Source: Bacteroidota bacterium
GTDB taxonomy: Bacteria; Bacteroidota; Bacteroidia; UBA7662; JAIXUI01
Length of the DNA: 64,000 bases
Assembly: GCA_027484125.1 (NCBI GenBank)
Contig: JAIXUI010000015.1
Location: 30,337-94,336 of the forward strand
Reading direction: 5' to 3'
Translations under genes and position numbers: made by a program
Part shown: positions 9,353 to 20,866 of the stretch, in pieces
How positions within the stretch are numbered: the stretch's first letter is position 1
How the letters are laid out: the number at the start of each line of letters is the position of its first letter
Notes under the pieces: generated by a model
Seen by the model: only the letters and a program-made list of their open reading frames with translations
The model's database searches: none
Told to the model about the DNA's origin: nothing

Positions 9353-10629
9353 AATTAGGGCTCTTTGCATTACTACTTCTTTCGGTCCAACTCACTTCCG
9401 GACAAAACTCCATCACTTATCGGTTTGGTAAAGAAAACAGGATGGTGCTAGACACCCTTCTTCCCGCCGGCACGGAGCGTTTTGTGCTCGAAATTCCAAC
9501 GAAGTCTTACGGTGGAAGCCCATTAGCTTGGTTAAATGGTAAGCCAGTTGCAACCCGCTTAGTGAAACGTCAGGTAAATACTTTGCGTCCACCAGCGAAC
9601 TGGAAGGAATTGTTGCTGTCGAATGTCGGGAAAACGGTTGAATTGGAGGTTGATGAAGGAAAATCGAATCTGGTGAGTTATTCCGGCACCATAATGCCCC
9701 TTGATAAAGAGGCCAGCATTGTGATGCTTAAAACGGATCACCAGTCTTATGAATTTATTGATATAAACAGAATAGTTCATTTTAACGGCCCAAACTTATT
9801 AACTGATTTCGTTCATGCTGAAAACCTTGGAGTAGTGGTAGAATTGCCTGAAATTATTCATGATACTCCATTGAAAATGAGCGTAGTATTATTGGAATCA
9901 GCAGCAAAATCCAATTTGGTATTGGATACCACACAAGAAAAACAATCACTCAGCTTACAAGCGAGTATTCGTTTGCCTTGGGTATTGCCTACACCTACAA
10001 CCAAATTTTTGGAATTGGCCCTGCCCTCAGGCATCCTTCAAGTATCTGCAGATTCTTTGAAATTGAAGGAAGGGGAACAAACGGTGGTACTTACAGATAA
10101 TTTTATTCGAGACACCACCGCCACACCATGGAAGTTAACCTTAAAAGGGCAAGATCCTTTTAAACCTAACCCCTCTACTGACAGTTATCCGGTTTGGAGT
10201 TTATCGTATCAATGTGATCACGCAGATCTTTTTGAAGACTTAACTGTTATCCCCAAATCTTACGATTGGGGAGTTTCAAGTTTAGAAAAAAATGTATTAG
10301 AACTTACCCGAACAAAACGGTCAGTTTATGCTACCGAGCCCGTTTTGACTTGCCAATCTTATAAGTCAAAGTTTAAATATCAGGGTAAAAAATACGAACT
10401 GTTTGAGGTAAGCGGCTACGTGCTGCTAAGGAACACGGAATCAGAACCATCAACATTACTTCTTGAAAAAAGAGCCATCTATGACAAGTCGATGTTGGCC
10501 ATAATGAAACCGGAAGAGGAAGCTGGAATGGTAGAATGGGCCATTCAGGAGTCCGTTACTATACCATCAAAAAGCACTGTTCAGGTTCCATTCCGTTATT
10601 ATTTGCTCAAGCCATTGGAAGTTCGGTAA
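9349..10629 (+). CDS. Hypothetical exported protein (distant DUF4139-like)
   Basis: N-terminal signal peptide; ATGA overlap with the upstream gene; C-terminal LRNTESEPSTLLLEK...VTIPSKSTVQVPFRY resembles DUF4139 ends. Confidence 0.6.
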   Translation: MKLGLFALLLLSVQLTSGQNSITYRFGKENRMVLDTLLPAGTERFVLEIPTKSYGGSPLAWLNGKPVATRLVKRQVNTLRPPANWKELLLSNVGKTVELEVDEGKSNLVSYSGTIMPLDKEASIVMLKTDHQSYEFIDINRIVHFNGPNLLTDFVHAENLGVVVELPEIIHDTPLKMSVVLLESAAKSNLVLDTTQEKQSLSLQASIRLPWVLPTPTTKFLELALPSGILQVSADSLKLKEGEQTVVLTDNFIRDTTATPWKLTLKGQDPFKPNPSTDSYPVWSLSYQCDHADLFEDLTVIPKSYDWGVSSLEKNVLELTRTKRSVYATEPVLTCQSYKSKFKYQGKKYELFEVSGYVLLRNTESEPSTLLLEKRAIYDKSMLAIMKPEEEAGMVEWAIQESVTIPSKSTVQVPFRYYLLKPLEVR

Positions 10630-12812
10630 GGCCTTAAAGCGTTTAATACCACACTTAATGAACTCATAGCCATAGCAGCTCCAGCCCACATGGGATTAAA
10701 TGATAAACCCCAGGGCACCAACACGCCTGCGGCTAGAGGAATAGCTAAAACATTATAACCGAAAGCCCAACCAAGGTTTTGCTTGATTCTGCTCATAACT
10801 GCTGAAGCATGATCGATGGCAATATCTAGCAACCTTAATTGATCGCCATTGATAACAATATCGGCACTTTCTTTAGCCAAATCTGCTCCTTTACCAATTG
10901 CAACGCTTACTTGTGCCAACGCCAGCGCTTCGGAATCGTTAATGCCATCACCAACCATCCCAACCACCTGCTTAGGATGTTTCTTTTGATAGGCTCGCAG
11001 GTGTTCTGCTTTTCCTGAAGGACTCACCTCTGCAATAATCGCTTCAGGTTCAATGCCTAATATCGCCGCGATGGGCTGGTTGTTGACGAGTTTATCTCCA
11101 CTGAGCAAATTAATTTCAATGTTTTTTGAACGAAGTCGCTGAATCACTTCTTTGGCGTCTTCCTTTAGCGTATCACGAAGTTTGATAAGCCCCACCACTT
11201 TCTTTTCTATACAAAACCAGACTTCCTGACTATCCTGCTGATGGATAAAGTTGGAAGGGAATTCTGCCTGCTGACTACTCATAAGAGACTGACTTCCCGC
11301 GAGTAGGAGCGAGTCTTGCCATCTTCCCCAAGTACCGGCTCCTGGTATACTCTCTGCATGTTCCGGTACGATTTCTTCTATTCCTTGCTGTTGCCAATGT
11401 TTAGCAATAGAAGCAGCCAAAGGATGATTGGATCGTGTTAAAAGCCCCAAAAACGCAGCCCTCAGTTTCTTTTTGTCCCAATTGTCTATTTCCCACCATT
11501 CTTCCTGAATCACGCTGGCATTTCCGGTGGTCAAGGTTCCGGTTTTATCGAGGAAGAGAAAATTGATTTTCGAAGCACGCTCTAATACTTCTGCATTTCG
11601 AATTAAAATGCCGAGTTCCGCAGCTTTTCCTAATCCAGTCATCAAGGCAGTTGGTGTGGCTAACCCGAGTGCGCATGGACAGGCCACAACGAGTATGGAA
11701 AGAAAGGCATTTAGCCCGTTACTCCATCCTGCTTCGCCACCAAAAAATCCCCATAATAAACCTGCAGAAACAGCAATCAGTACCACCATGGGTACAAACC
11801 AACGTGCGATTTTATCTGCAAGTTTTTGTACAGGAGCCTTAGAGTTTTGTGCTTCTTTTACCCGACGTATTAAATGAGCTAATCGAGTATTTTCGCCTGT
11901 TGCTGAGGCAATCATGGTGAAAGTAATCTTCCCATTTAAGGTTCCAGCCCAGAGCTGTTCACCTTTAAGTCGGGTTACAGGAATTGACTCTCCAGTTAAT
12001 AATTGTTCGTCAATGAGTGCTTCTTCCTCTATCAGCCAGCCATCGGCAGGTAGTTTGTCGCCAGCCTTTATTCTAACACGCATTCCAGCTTCCAGTTGGT
12101 AAGCAGGCATCAAACGCACTTTCCCTGCTTCATCAATTACTTCTACCTCTGCTTGTTGCAGTTGCATTAACTGCTGAATAGACTTAGAACTTGACAAGCG
12201 CGCCTTTTCTTCCAGCCATTTGCCGGTTAAAACGAAAGCCACAACAACACTGGCGCTCTCGAAATACAAATTTGGGTGGTGGACTGAGGAAAGCAGGGTG
12301 TAAAAGCTGTAAAGCCAGGAAATTCCTGCACTTAATGCTACCAATAAATCCATGCCCGGGTTTGCATGTTTCAACTGCTGCGTGGCATTTTTAAAAAAAT
12401 GTTTACCCAGTACACCAACCACTAAAAGGCTGGTAAAGGCAGAAATCCAAAATCCGGGTTCCCAGTGCATCCAAAACATGCCCAACAAAAAGGGAGGAAT
12501 GCTGATTGTCAAGGAAGCAATGGCTTTTCTTTTGGAATGAGCAAGTTCTTTCTCTCTGAAGTTTAACTCTTCCTGAAGTGTATTACCACCTTTTTGAGGC
12601 AGCAACATGCCGTAACCCAATTGTTGAATCGCCGCTTGAATTTTCTCAGGACTGATGGTTTCAGGAGCAAACTTAACCTGCAAAGCATGGTCGCTGAAAT
12701 TGACATGCGCTTCTGTGATTCCGAGTGTATTTTTCAGAAGAGATTCAATACTGCCGGCACAAGATACACAACTCATCCCGGTCAGCGGGTATCTGGCATT
12801 GACTTCTAGCAT
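10599..12812 (-). CDS. copA: Cu(I)-translocating P1B-type ATPase
   Basis: GMSCVSC metal-binding domain, TGES, CPC, DKTGTLT, HP, GDGIND, and YN/NP/MxxSS transmembrane motifs. Confidence 0.92.
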   Translation of the reverse strand: MLEVNARYPLTGMSCVSCAGSIESLLKNTLGITEAHVNFSDHALQVKFAPETISPEKIQAAIQQLGYGMLLPQKGGNTLQEELNFREKELAHSKRKAIASLTISIPPFLLGMFWMHWEPGFWISAFTSLLVVGVLGKHFFKNATQQLKHANPGMDLLVALSAGISWLYSFYTLLSSVHHPNLYFESASVVVAFVLTGKWLEEKARLSSSKSIQQLMQLQQAEVEVIDEAGKVRLMPAYQLEAGMRVRIKAGDKLPADGWLIEEEALIDEQLLTGESIPVTRLKGEQLWAGTLNGKITFTMIASATGENTRLAHLIRRVKEAQNSKAPVQKLADKIARWFVPMVVLIAVSAGLLWGFFGGEAGWSNGLNAFLSILVVACPCALGLATPTALMTGLGKAAELGILIRNAEVLERASKINFLFLDKTGTLTTGNASVIQEEWWEIDNWDKKKLRAAFLGLLTRSNHPLAASIAKHWQQQGIEEIVPEHAESIPGAGTWGRWQDSLLLAGSQSLMSSQQAEFPSNFIHQQDSQEVWFCIEKKVVGLIKLRDTLKEDAKEVIQRLRSKNIEINLLSGDKLVNNQPIAAILGIEPEAIIAEVSPSGKAEHLRAYQKKHPKQVVGMVGDGINDSEALALAQVSVAIGKGADLAKESADIVINGDQLRLLDIAIDHASAVMSRIKQNLGWAFGYNVLAIPLAAGVLVPWGLSFNPMWAGAAMAMSSLSVVLNALRPYRTSNGLSK

Positions 12813-12838
12813 ATAGGCAATACCTTAGTTAGGGGTAT

Positions 12839-13129
12839 TTAGTTTCTTTCTTCTTGAAAGAGATGTTTATCCGCGATAAAAGTTCCAAAAGGAAGGAGGG
12901 AAGCTATCATAGCAAGAAAGGCCCATTTGAACGATTTATGGCCTTTTAATAAGAAAAACAAGACCCACATGCTGTAACCAATAAACAACGCTCCATGAGC
13001 AGATCCAACAATGTAGTTAGGCTCTTTGATTCCGAGTTTGTACTTGATAGGCATGGTGATTGCAAACAGCAAATAACTCACCCCTTCTGCTAGGGCGAGT
13101 TTTCGGAAATAGGCCATCGAACGTTTCAT
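12839..13129 (-). CDS. DUF3817 membrane protein
   Basis: Motifs ALAEGVSYLL, GSAHGALF and SLLPFGTF. Confidence 0.82.
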   Translation of the reverse strand: MKRSMAYFRKLALAEGVSYLLFAITMPIKYKLGIKEPNYIVGSAHGALFIGYSMWVLFFLLKGHKSFKWAFLAMIASLLPFGTFIADKHLFQEERN

Positions 13130-13159
13130 TGTCGCAAAAATCCTATATTCGCTTCATAC

Positions 13160-13675
13160 ATGAAACTCTTTACCGGAATTGTACAGAAGCAAATAGTGTT
13201 CATCACCCTTGCTATGTTTCTTTGGGAAATGTTAGTGGTGCTTTTGGGTTGGGGAAACACAAGTGGTGGGGTATATGGTCCATTAATGAACAATGTATTC
13301 CTGGTCTTTGGGCTTATATTAGCCTTGATTAAAATTAAGAATTTTGAAAAGCGAGTAATTGTCAGCTTCAAACTAATGATTTTTAACGCATTGATAATTG
13401 TACTTTTAATCAGTGTTACTTATACTTTAGGTACAATAATGCTCTATCATTTAGCTATACCTGATTATGTACAAACATTGGTTCAAGAAAAGATGAATTT
13501 AATGCTTGCTGATTCTTCCGTTTCAGAAGAAAAAATTCAAACAGAAATAGCAGCAATTCATAAACGGTTCAGCGTAGAAGGCCTGTTTATTAGAAATTTC
13601 ATAGTAACCATCGGTACCGGACTCATTTCATCATTGGTACTTTGCGGTGTTTTTTCTCAGAAAAGTGTGGCTTAA
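13160..13675 (+). CDS. DUF4199-like membrane protein
   Basis: Four hydrophobic segments with a PDY helical loop; TATATTCG box at 13144. Confidence 0.6.
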   Translation: MKLFTGIVQKQIVFITLAMFLWEMLVVLLGWGNTSGGVYGPLMNNVFLVFGLILALIKIKNFEKRVIVSFKLMIFNALIIVLLISVTYTLGTIMLYHLAIPDYVQTLVQEKMNLMLADSSVSEEKIQTEIAAIHKRFSVEGLFIRNFIVTIGTGLISSLVLCGVFSQKSVA

Positions 13676-13684
13676 CTTCGCCTC

Positions 13685-14128
13685 ATGAACGACCCGGTAA
13701 CGCCTAGAACCGACGGACTCGCTAACCTCGGACAGCGTGTGGTAGCTTTTCTCATCGATGCGTTGATAGTTTCCTTAGTTTCCAGATTCATCATGGTGAA
13801 GCTCAATATCAAAGTGGACGACGCTGATGCTATTGAAAAGTTCTCAGAAGGCGGTTTGCTGAATTTATTGATTCATTGGCTGTATTTCGCAGGAATGGAA
13901 TCCAGCACATACCGTGCGACCCTAGGTAAATTATCGATGGGTATGTATGTAGGTACATTGAAGAATCATCCACTCACTTTCGCAAAAGCTACAGGACGAT
14001 ACTTTGGTAAAATTCTTTCTACCATCTTGTTCGGTTTAGGTTTTATTATGGCCGCTTTCAACGACCATGTTCAAACTTTACACGACAAACTATCAGGGAC
14101 TCTGGTGTTTGTAAAACAGCAGGATTAA
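13685..14128 (+). CDS. RDD family protein
   Basis: Motifs RVVAFLID, ATLGK and QTLHDKLSGT. Confidence 0.88.
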   Translation: MNDPVTPRTDGLANLGQRVVAFLIDALIVSLVSRFIMVKLNIKVDDADAIEKFSEGGLLNLLIHWLYFAGMESSTYRATLGKLSMGMYVGTLKNHPLTFAKATGRYFGKILSTILFGLGFIMAAFNDHVQTLHDKLSGTLVFVKQQD

Positions 14129-14191
14129 TCTTTCAATTTCGGCAAAACCCCACCTAAAAGGGGTTAGCTTTGCATCCCGTACAACAATCTC

Positions 14192-15820
14192 ATGTCAACT
14201 GTTAAACATGTTTTTGTGACGGGTGGAGTTACTTCGTCACTAGGAAAGGGCATCATCGCCGCATCTCTTGCCCGTTTGCTTCAAGCGAGAGGCTATTCGG
14301 TCACCATACAAAAATTTGACCCTTACTTAAACATTGATCCTGGAACGCTCAATCCGTATGAGCATGGAGAGTGTTTCGTAACAGATGACGGCGCAGAAAC
14401 CGATTTAGATCTTGGGCATTATGAGCGCTTTCTTGATGTGCCAACTTCACAAGCGAATAACGTAACCACCGGACGAGTTTATCTCAGCGTAATCGAAAAA
14501 GAGCGTCAAGGGAATTATCTCGGAAAGACAGTTCAGGTGGTTCCACATATCACCGATGAAATTAAGCAGCGATATCAAACGCTGGGAAAGTCAGGGCGTT
14601 ATGATATCATCATTACCGAGCTTGGTGGTACTGTAGGCGATATTGAGTCACTGCCATATATCGAATCATTGCGTCAGTTGAAATATGAGTTGGGTGATTC
14701 CAACTGTGTGGTTGTTCACTTAACCCTTATTCCTTATTTATCCGCAGCCGGTGAGCTGAAAACCAAACCTACCCAACATTCTGTAAAGGCGCTACTTGAG
14801 CTCGGCATTCAACCCGATATCTTGGTTTGTAGAACAGAGCATCCATTGCCCAAAGAAATGCGTAAGAAAATCGGATTGTTCTGCAATGTAAACCACAATG
14901 CGGTGATTGAAGCGCGTGATGCAGAATCTATCTATGACGTGCCGTTGTTGATGCAACAAGAACAACTTGACCGTATAGTTTTAGCTAAGTTGAAGCTCTC
15001 CACCAGGCAAGACCCAGATTTATCAACTTGGAAAGACTTTTTATTCAGACTGAAAAATCCGCAATCAGAAATCAACATTGGATTGGTAGGCAAGTATGTA
15101 GAATTGAAAGATGCCTACAAATCAATTGCTGAAGCTTTTGTTCATGCTGGTGCAGCTAATAATTTGAAAGTCAATATTAAATGGATACACTCTGAGCATT
15201 TAACCAGAAATAATGCTCAAGAGAAAATTAAAGGGTTGGATGGAATTTTGGTTGCGCCCGGCTTCGGACAGCGAGGATTAGAAGGTAAGCTTGAAGCCAT
15301 CCGTTATGTAAGAGAGAAAAACATTCCATTTTTAGGCATTTGCCTCGGTATGCAGTGTGCTGTTATCGAATATGCCCGCCATGTACTCCGTTGGAATGGA
15401 GCAAATTCTACTGAGATGGATCCGGAAACGCTTTATCCAGTCATCGATTTGATGGAAGGGCAGAAGAACATCACCAAAATGGGGGGAACCATGCGTTTAG
15501 GTGCGTACGATTGTCAGCTCAAACCGGAGAGTAAATTGGCTGAAATCTACCAGAGCTCAGAGATTACCGAGCGTCATCGCCACCGTTATGAGTTCAACAA
15601 CAAATACTTAAAAAGCTTCGAACAAGCCGGTCTGGTGTTTTCCGGTTTGAATCCATTAACGGGTTTGGTAGAAACCATTGAACTGCCCAATCACCCTTGG
15701 TTCGTAGGTGTGCAGTACCATCCAGAGTATAAAAGTACCGTTAGCAAACCGCATCCTTTGTTCGTAGGCTTTGTAAAAGCCTGTTTCGAGCATAAGGAGG
15801 CGGAAAAGAAACCCAATTAA
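14192..15820 (+). CDS. pyrG: CTP synthase
   Basis: Motifs [26 protein letters not shown] and QYHPE. Confidence 0.98.
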   Translation: MSTVKHVFVTGGVTSSLGKGIIAASLARLLQARGYSVTIQKFDPYLNIDPGTLNPYEHGECFVTDDGAETDLDLGHYERFLDVPTSQANNVTTGRVYLSVIEKERQGNYLGKTVQVVPHITDEIKQRYQTLGKSGRYDIIITELGGTVGDIESLPYIESLRQLKYELGDSNCVVVHLTLIPYLSAAGELKTKPTQHSVKALLELGIQPDILVCRTEHPLPKEMRKKIGLFCNVNHNAVIEARDAESIYDVPLLMQQEQLDRIVLAKLKLSTRQDPDLSTWKDFLFRLKNPQSEINIGLVGKYVELKDAYKSIAEAFVHAGAANNLKVNIKWIHSEHLTRNNAQEKIKGLDGILVAPGFGQRGLEGKLEAIRYVREKNIPFLGICLGMQCAVIEYARHVLRWNGANSTEMDPETLYPVIDLMEGQKNITKMGGTMRLGAYDCQLKPESKLAEIYQSSEITERHRHRYEFNNKYLKSFEQAGLVFSGLNPLTGLVETIELPNHPWFVGVQYHPEYKSTVSKPHPLFVGFVKACFEHKEAEKKPN

Positions 15821-16281
15821 CGAATTAAGGCATCCAGCTGGGCCTCTGAATACCCCACTGACTTGAGTGTTTTATTGTCAGCACGACGGTAAACCAAATA
15901 GAGGCCTTCTTTTTCGAGGTAATATGCATCTACGCCTTGTTTTTGGTAGTGTGCCAAAGTGGCTTCTGCTTCTTCCAAAGATTTGCAAGCTTTACTCATG
16001 TTAGAGCGCTGAACCTCATTAAACAGCGCTTCAAACTTATTTCCTAAACCAAATTCTAAAACAGCTCCGGAAAGTACGTACTGCAAATCGCAAAGTGCAT
16101 CGGCAATACCTGTAAGGTCCTTTTCGGCAATGGCAACTTCGAGTTCTTTTAGCTCTTCTGACAAAAGCGCTACCCTGAGCTGGCAACGTTTATCGTCCGG
16201 AATGGCGGGATTTGCTACCACGGGGTGTCCAAAAAGACGGTGAAATGCGGCTACAGCCTCTAAAGTTTCTGGTGTTTTCAT
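15817..16281 (-). CDS. MazG-like/PRA-PH nucleoside triphosphate pyrophosphohydrolase
   Basis: Motifs [16 protein letters not shown] and EVQRSNMSK. Confidence 0.85.
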   Translation of the reverse strand: MKTPETLEAVAAFHRLFGHPVVANPAIPDDKRCQLRVALLSEELKELEVAIAEKDLTGIADALCDLQYVLSGAVLEFGLGNKFEALFNEVQRSNMSKACKSLEEAEATLAHYQKQGVDAYYLEKEGLYLVYRRADNKTLKSVGYSEAQLDALIR

Positions 16282-18881
16282 GAAGCGGATGGGCTAAGTA
16301 TTTTTTTGAGTTCGTAAAGGCGAAACAAAGCCTCAACAGGCGTGAGGTTGTCAATTTCAGTTTGGTCCAGAATTTCTTTTATCCGAAGCAGTTCCGGGTG
16401 ATCCATCTGGAAAAGGCTCATTTGCAATTTATCTTCCACCGGTCTCACCTTAGCTTGACTTCCTCTTTGGCTTTCCAGGTCTTTAAGAATCAGTCTCGCT
16501 TTGGCAACCACATGGTCCGGAACTCCTGCCATTCGAGCGACATGAATGCCGAAGCTGTGGTGACTTCCTCCTGGAATAAGTTTCCGTAGAAAAATGATTT
16601 TATCAGGAAGCTCTTTCACCGAAACGGTATAGTTGTGTATCCTAGGATACGACTTCTCCATTTCATTCAACTCGTGGTAGTGAGTAGCAAACAGCGTCCG
16701 TGCTTTCGCTTTAGGATTGTTGTGAAGAAATTCTGCCACAGCCCAAGCAATAGAAATTCCGTCGTAGGTGGCAGTTCCCCTGCCGATTTCATCTAGCAAA
16801 ACCAGACTTCTGGGTGAAAGGTTGTTGAGAATGGACGCAGTTTCATTCATTTCCACCATGAAAGTGGACTCACCACCCGATAAGTTGTCATTAGCACCGA
16901 CTCTGGTAAATACTTTGTCAACCAATCCAATTCGTGCTTTTTTGGCGGGAACATGACTTCCTATTTGAGCCAAAATCACAATCAAAGCAGTTTGTCTAAG
17001 AATCGCAGACTTACCGCTCATGTTAGGACCGGTAATCATGATGATTTGCTGCTGTGAGTCGTCTAGTTTGAGGCTGTTGGGTACGTAAGATTCTCCCTCT
17101 GGAAGCCGGGTTTCGAGAACTGGATGCCGTCCGTCCACGATGTCCAATTCCATAGAATCATCGATTTCCGGTTTGCAATAGCCTTTTTCTAACGCAAGAA
17201 TGGAGAGCCCACAAAGGCAATCGATTCTCGCTGTCAGGCGCGCATCGATTTGCAATACCGCGATATGTGCTGCCAATTCCTGCACGATTCCACGGAAGAA
17301 AGTCTCTTCCATTTGAACTATTTTCTCTTCAGCACCGAGAATTTTCTCTTCAAAATGCTTGAGTTCATCGGTGATATAGCGCTCTGCATTCACCAAGGTT
17401 TGCTTTCTTACCCATTCTGCCGGCACTTTGTCTTTGTGGACATGGGTTACTTCAAGGTAATAGCCAAATACGTTGTTGTAACTTACCTTCAAAGAAGTTA
17501 TGCCCGTTCTACTGGCTTCCCTTTGCTGGATTTGAAGAAGATAATCCTTTCCAGAATAAGCAATTTGGCGAAGTTCATCAAGGTCTGGAATCACGCCTTC
17601 TTTAAGGATTCCTCCTTTAGAAGTACTCAAGGGAGCTTCATCCTTCAAACAGCGTGTTAAATTGGCTTCTACTGTTTCTAAGGCGTCCAGAGTGTTACTC
17701 CAGGAGAGAAGCTCAGGCAATTCCTGCTCATTCAATAAGGACTTAAGCTGGCGCAGTATCCGAAGTGCTTCCCGAAACTGAACGGTTTCTCTTGGATTGA
17801 TTCTTCCAGTAGCAATTTTGGCTACCAATCGCTCTAAATCGGGCATGGGTTGGAGCAATTGCCTAAGTTGTTCTCGTAGCTTCTTTTTATCCTTGATAAA
17901 AGCCACCACATTTTGGCGGCCTTCAATTTCTTGTTGGTCTTTGAGTGGAAACAGCAACCAATTTCGAAGCATTCTGGCTCCCATGGGGGTTTGGGTACGG
18001 TCCACCACTTCCAAGAGAGAAACAGCGCCTTCGCTTTGTCCATCTACCAGTTCCAGGTTCCTTAACGTGAAGCGATCAAGCCAAACATAGCGGTCTGGTT
18101 CAATTCTCGATAACTGATTGATATGACTAAGGTCAGGATGCCTGGCTTCTTGTAAATAATGAAGTGCTACGCCTGCGGTGATGAGCGCTTCAGGTTGTTC
18201 TTCCAGTCCAAAACCTTTCATGCTGCTGGTTTTGAAATGTCGGGTAAGTACTGGATACACATAGTCGAGGCTGAAGAACCAGTCTTCCACAGGACTGAAT
18301 TTCAACCTGTTCCATTTGGCTTCCATCTCTTTTAATTTCGACTTCGGTACCAGCACTTCTGCCGGAGCATAAGTTTGCATTAACTTATCGAGGCGAGACA
18401 GTTTATCGGTTGTTGCCATGAACTCGCCTGTGGAAATGTCCACCAAGGCTAATCCACCCATGTCTTGTTGGGTATAAAGACAGGCAAGGAAGTTATTTGC
18501 TCTATGGTCAAGCAGTTTGTCATTCAAGGCAACCCCCGGCGATACAATTTCTGTCACGCCTCGTTTGACTATCGACTTGGTGAGTTTAGGGTCTTCTAAT
18601 TGATCGCAAACGGCCACCCGATAACCTGCTTTAACGAGTTTAGGAAGGTAGGCATCGAGCGAATGATGGGGAAAACCTGCGAGCTCAATCTCGCTTGCGG
18701 CTCCATTGGCACGTTTGGTAAGCACGATTCCCAGCACTTTACTGGCAACTATGGCGTCTTCGGAGAAGGTTTCGTAAAAGTCGCCAACCCGGAACAACAG
18801 AATAGTTCCTGGATATTGCGCTTTTACGCTGTTGTATTGTTGCATCAACGGTGTTTCCTTGCCGGTACCTGCTTTTCCCAC
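16278..18881 (-). CDS. mutS: DNA mismatch repair protein MutS
   Basis: Motifs TPLMQQY, GDFYETF, GPNMSGKS, DEIGRGT and FATHYHEL. Confidence 0.98.
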   Translation of the reverse strand: MGKAGTGKETPLMQQYNSVKAQYPGTILLFRVGDFYETFSEDAIVASKVLGIVLTKRANGAASEIELAGFPHHSLDAYLPKLVKAGYRVAVCDQLEDPKLTKSIVKRGVTEIVSPGVALNDKLLDHRANNFLACLYTQQDMGGLALVDISTGEFMATTDKLSRLDKLMQTYAPAEVLVPKSKLKEMEAKWNRLKFSPVEDWFFSLDYVYPVLTRHFKTSSMKGFGLEEQPEALITAGVALHYLQEARHPDLSHINQLSRIEPDRYVWLDRFTLRNLELVDGQSEGAVSLLEVVDRTQTPMGARMLRNWLLFPLKDQQEIEGRQNVVAFIKDKKKLREQLRQLLQPMPDLERLVAKIATGRINPRETVQFREALRILRQLKSLLNEQELPELLSWSNTLDALETVEANLTRCLKDEAPLSTSKGGILKEGVIPDLDELRQIAYSGKDYLLQIQQREASRTGITSLKVSYNNVFGYYLEVTHVHKDKVPAEWVRKQTLVNAERYITDELKHFEEKILGAEEKIVQMEETFFRGIVQELAAHIAVLQIDARLTARIDCLCGLSILALEKGYCKPEIDDSMELDIVDGRHPVLETRLPEGESYVPNSLKLDDSQQQIIMITGPNMSGKSAILRQTALIVILAQIGSHVPAKKARIGLVDKVFTRVGANDNLSGGESTFMVEMNETASILNNLSPRSLVLLDEIGRGTATYDGISIAWAVAEFLHNNPKAKARTLFATHYHELNEMEKSYPRIHNYTVSVKELPDKIIFLRKLIPGGSHHSFGIHVARMAGVPDHVVAKARLILKDLESQRGSQAKVRPVEDKLQMSLFQMDHPELLRIKEILDQTEIDNLTPVEALFRLYELKKILSPSAS

Positions 18882-18968
18882 AGTTTCTTAAGTTTGAATC
18901 CTGAAGTTGCGAAAATAGGGGAAAGGTTGGTGTTACTTCGTTATAACCACTTCAGAAAGCAAGGAATC

Positions 18969-19514
18969 ATGAGAAAGCTAAGGAGCGTAGAATTACCAAG
19001 GATAAGCAAGGAAGAATATCTCCATTTAGATAAACTGCCTGTAGTAGTGGTTTTAGATAATATTCGAAGCTTACTGAATGTTGGGAGCTTTTTCAGAACT
19101 TCAGATTCATTCCGCATTGAACGAATTGTTTTAGGAGGATTTACTGGTAGCCCACCGCATCCGGAAATTCATAAATCTGCCCTTGGGGCTGAAGAAGTGG
19201 TGCCGTGGGAACATCAAGAGGATATCTTAAAAGCCGTGATACAGCTTAAAGAATCTGGTTACACCCTCATCAGCATTGAGCACACCAGCAACAGTCTTCT
19301 TTTAAACCAATTTGTCCCAAAGTTGGACGAGAAGTATGCACTTATATTTGGAAACGAAGTGCGAGGCGTTCAACAAAGCATCATAGATGCAAGTCATTGC
19401 GCGATTGAAATTCCGATGTCAGGGACAAAACACTCCCTCAATGTGAGCACCTGTGGTGGGATTGTGCTCTGGCATTTTTATCAGCAATTACTGCTGGAAA
19501 ACAAGCCCGAGTGA
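18969..19514 (+). CDS. TrmH/SpoU-family RNA methyltransferase
   Basis: Motifs DNIRSLLNVGSFFRT, GNEVRG and EIPMSGTKHSLNVS. Start is the ATG at 18969; the upstream part of the ORF is antisense to mutS. Confidence 0.9.
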   Translation: MRKLRSVELPRISKEEYLHLDKLPVVVVLDNIRSLLNVGSFFRTSDSFRIERIVLGGFTGSPPHPEIHKSALGAEEVVPWEHQEDILKAVIQLKESGYTLISIEHTSNSLLLNQFVPKLDEKYALIFGNEVRGVQQSIIDASHCAIEIPMSGTKHSLNVSTCGGIVLWHFYQQLLLENKPE

Positions 19515-19566
19515 TTGTTCAGTTAAATGAATCACTCAAGCTTGAATCAATTTGGTTTTCGAAACC

Positions 19567-20178
19567 CTATTTCACTGCACAAGTGAGCAAGGATTGCTCT
19601 TCCAGAAATCCTTCCAGCAAATCGCCTTGGGCTATTTTTGAAACGCCTTCGGGGGTTCCGGTGAAGATATAATCGCCTACTTTGAGCGTGAAGAATTTAC
19701 TCACGTAGCAGATTACAGACTCGAAAGAGAAGATGAGATCGCGGGTATTGCCGCGTTGCACCCACTCCCCATTTTTCTTCAATCCAAAATTGATGTTGCG
19801 AAAATCTTTGAAATGGTCAACCTCTACAAAGTCACCTAATACGGCAGAATGGTCAAATCCTTTAGCTAATTCCCACGGCTGTCCTGCTTTTTTCAACTTA
19901 TCCTGAAGGTCGCGAGCCGTGAAATCGATTCCAAGCCCGATGTGGGTGATGTAGGAAGCCGCAAATTCCGGCTGTATGTGTCTGCCGTTTCTGCCGATTT
20001 TTAATACCAATTCGATTTCGTGGTGGATGTTGTCGGAGAAATCCGGGTGGTAAAAAGGCTTGCCATTGCGTAAGATGGCAGTATCGGGTTTCAGGAAGAT
20101 AAGCGGCTCAGTAGGCAAATCATTGTTGAGTTCTGCGGCATGTGCCGCATAGTTTCTTCCTACACAAATTATTTTCAT
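19567..20178 (-). CDS. Fumarylacetoacetate hydrolase family (FAHD1/YcgM-like)
   Basis: Motifs CVGRNYAAHAAEL, HHEIEL, DFTARDLQ and TGTPEGV. Confidence 0.9.
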   Translation of the reverse strand: MKIICVGRNYAAHAAELNNDLPTEPLIFLKPDTAILRNGKPFYHPDFSDNIHHEIELVLKIGRNGRHIQPEFAASYITHIGLGIDFTARDLQDKLKKAGQPWELAKGFDHSAVLGDFVEVDHFKDFRNINFGLKKNGEWVQRGNTRDLIFSFESVICYVSKFFTLKVGDYIFTGTPEGVSKIAQGDLLEGFLEEQSLLTCAVK

Positions 20179-20195
20179 AATGAATTGATAATGAG

Positions 20196-20768
20196 TTAAA
20201 AGCCCATTTTTTGTTCGATGCTCAAGATAAGTGAGTGAATCACTTTGATGTGTATTTCTTGTGCACGATCTGCAAATGTGGACTGAGGTGCTCGAATTTC
20301 AACATCGCAAAGGTCTTTCATGGCGCCCCCGGATTTACCGGTTAAGCCTATCACGCGCATGCCTTGCTTTTTAGCCGCTTCAATAGCGCGCAACACATTG
20401 GGAGAGTTGCCTGAAGTGCTGATTGCAAGCAAAACATCTCCTTTCTTTCCGAACGCTTCAATCATTCTGGAGAAGATGAACTCGTAGCCATAGTCGTTGG
20501 AAACGCAGCTCATATGTGAGGCATCCGATAAAGACAAAGCAGCTAGCGCGGGCCGGTTTTCTCTGTATCGTCCGGTAAGTTCTTCGGCAAAATGCATGGC
20601 GTCGCACATGGAACCACCGTTGCCGCAAGAGAGAATTTTCCCTCCGTACTTCAACGCATTCACCATGATATCGGCAGCGTAATCAATCTTCTTAAAGTTA
20701 TCGGGGGTAGAAAAAGCCGATAATACCGCCGCAGCTTCGTTGAACTGGGCTTCAATCAGGGTTGACAT
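20196..20768 (-). CDS. gmhA: D-sedoheptulose-7-phosphate isomerase
   Basis: Motifs [27 protein letters not shown] and QEIHI. Confidence 0.93.
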   Translation of the reverse strand: MSTLIEAQFNEAAAVLSAFSTPDNFKKIDYAADIMVNALKYGGKILSCGNGGSMCDAMHFAEELTGRYRENRPALAALSLSDASHMSCVSNDYGYEFIFSRMIEAFGKKGDVLLAISTSGNSPNVLRAIEAAKKQGMRVIGLTGKSGGAMKDLCDVEIRAPQSTFADRAQEIHIKVIHSLILSIEQKMGF

Positions 20769-20866
20769 GGTGCGAATTTATAAGGAATGAGTGGAGGTAA
20801 ATGCATACGAAGAGCGGTTTAAGAGGAAGTTTCATGAAAAGAAAGCAAAAGGAAAGGGCAGAAAAT

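Noticed and set aside
18600-18968. N-terminal 123 aa of the 304-aa TrmH ORF
   Set aside because: Mostly antisense to mutS; family homology begins at the ATG at 18969.
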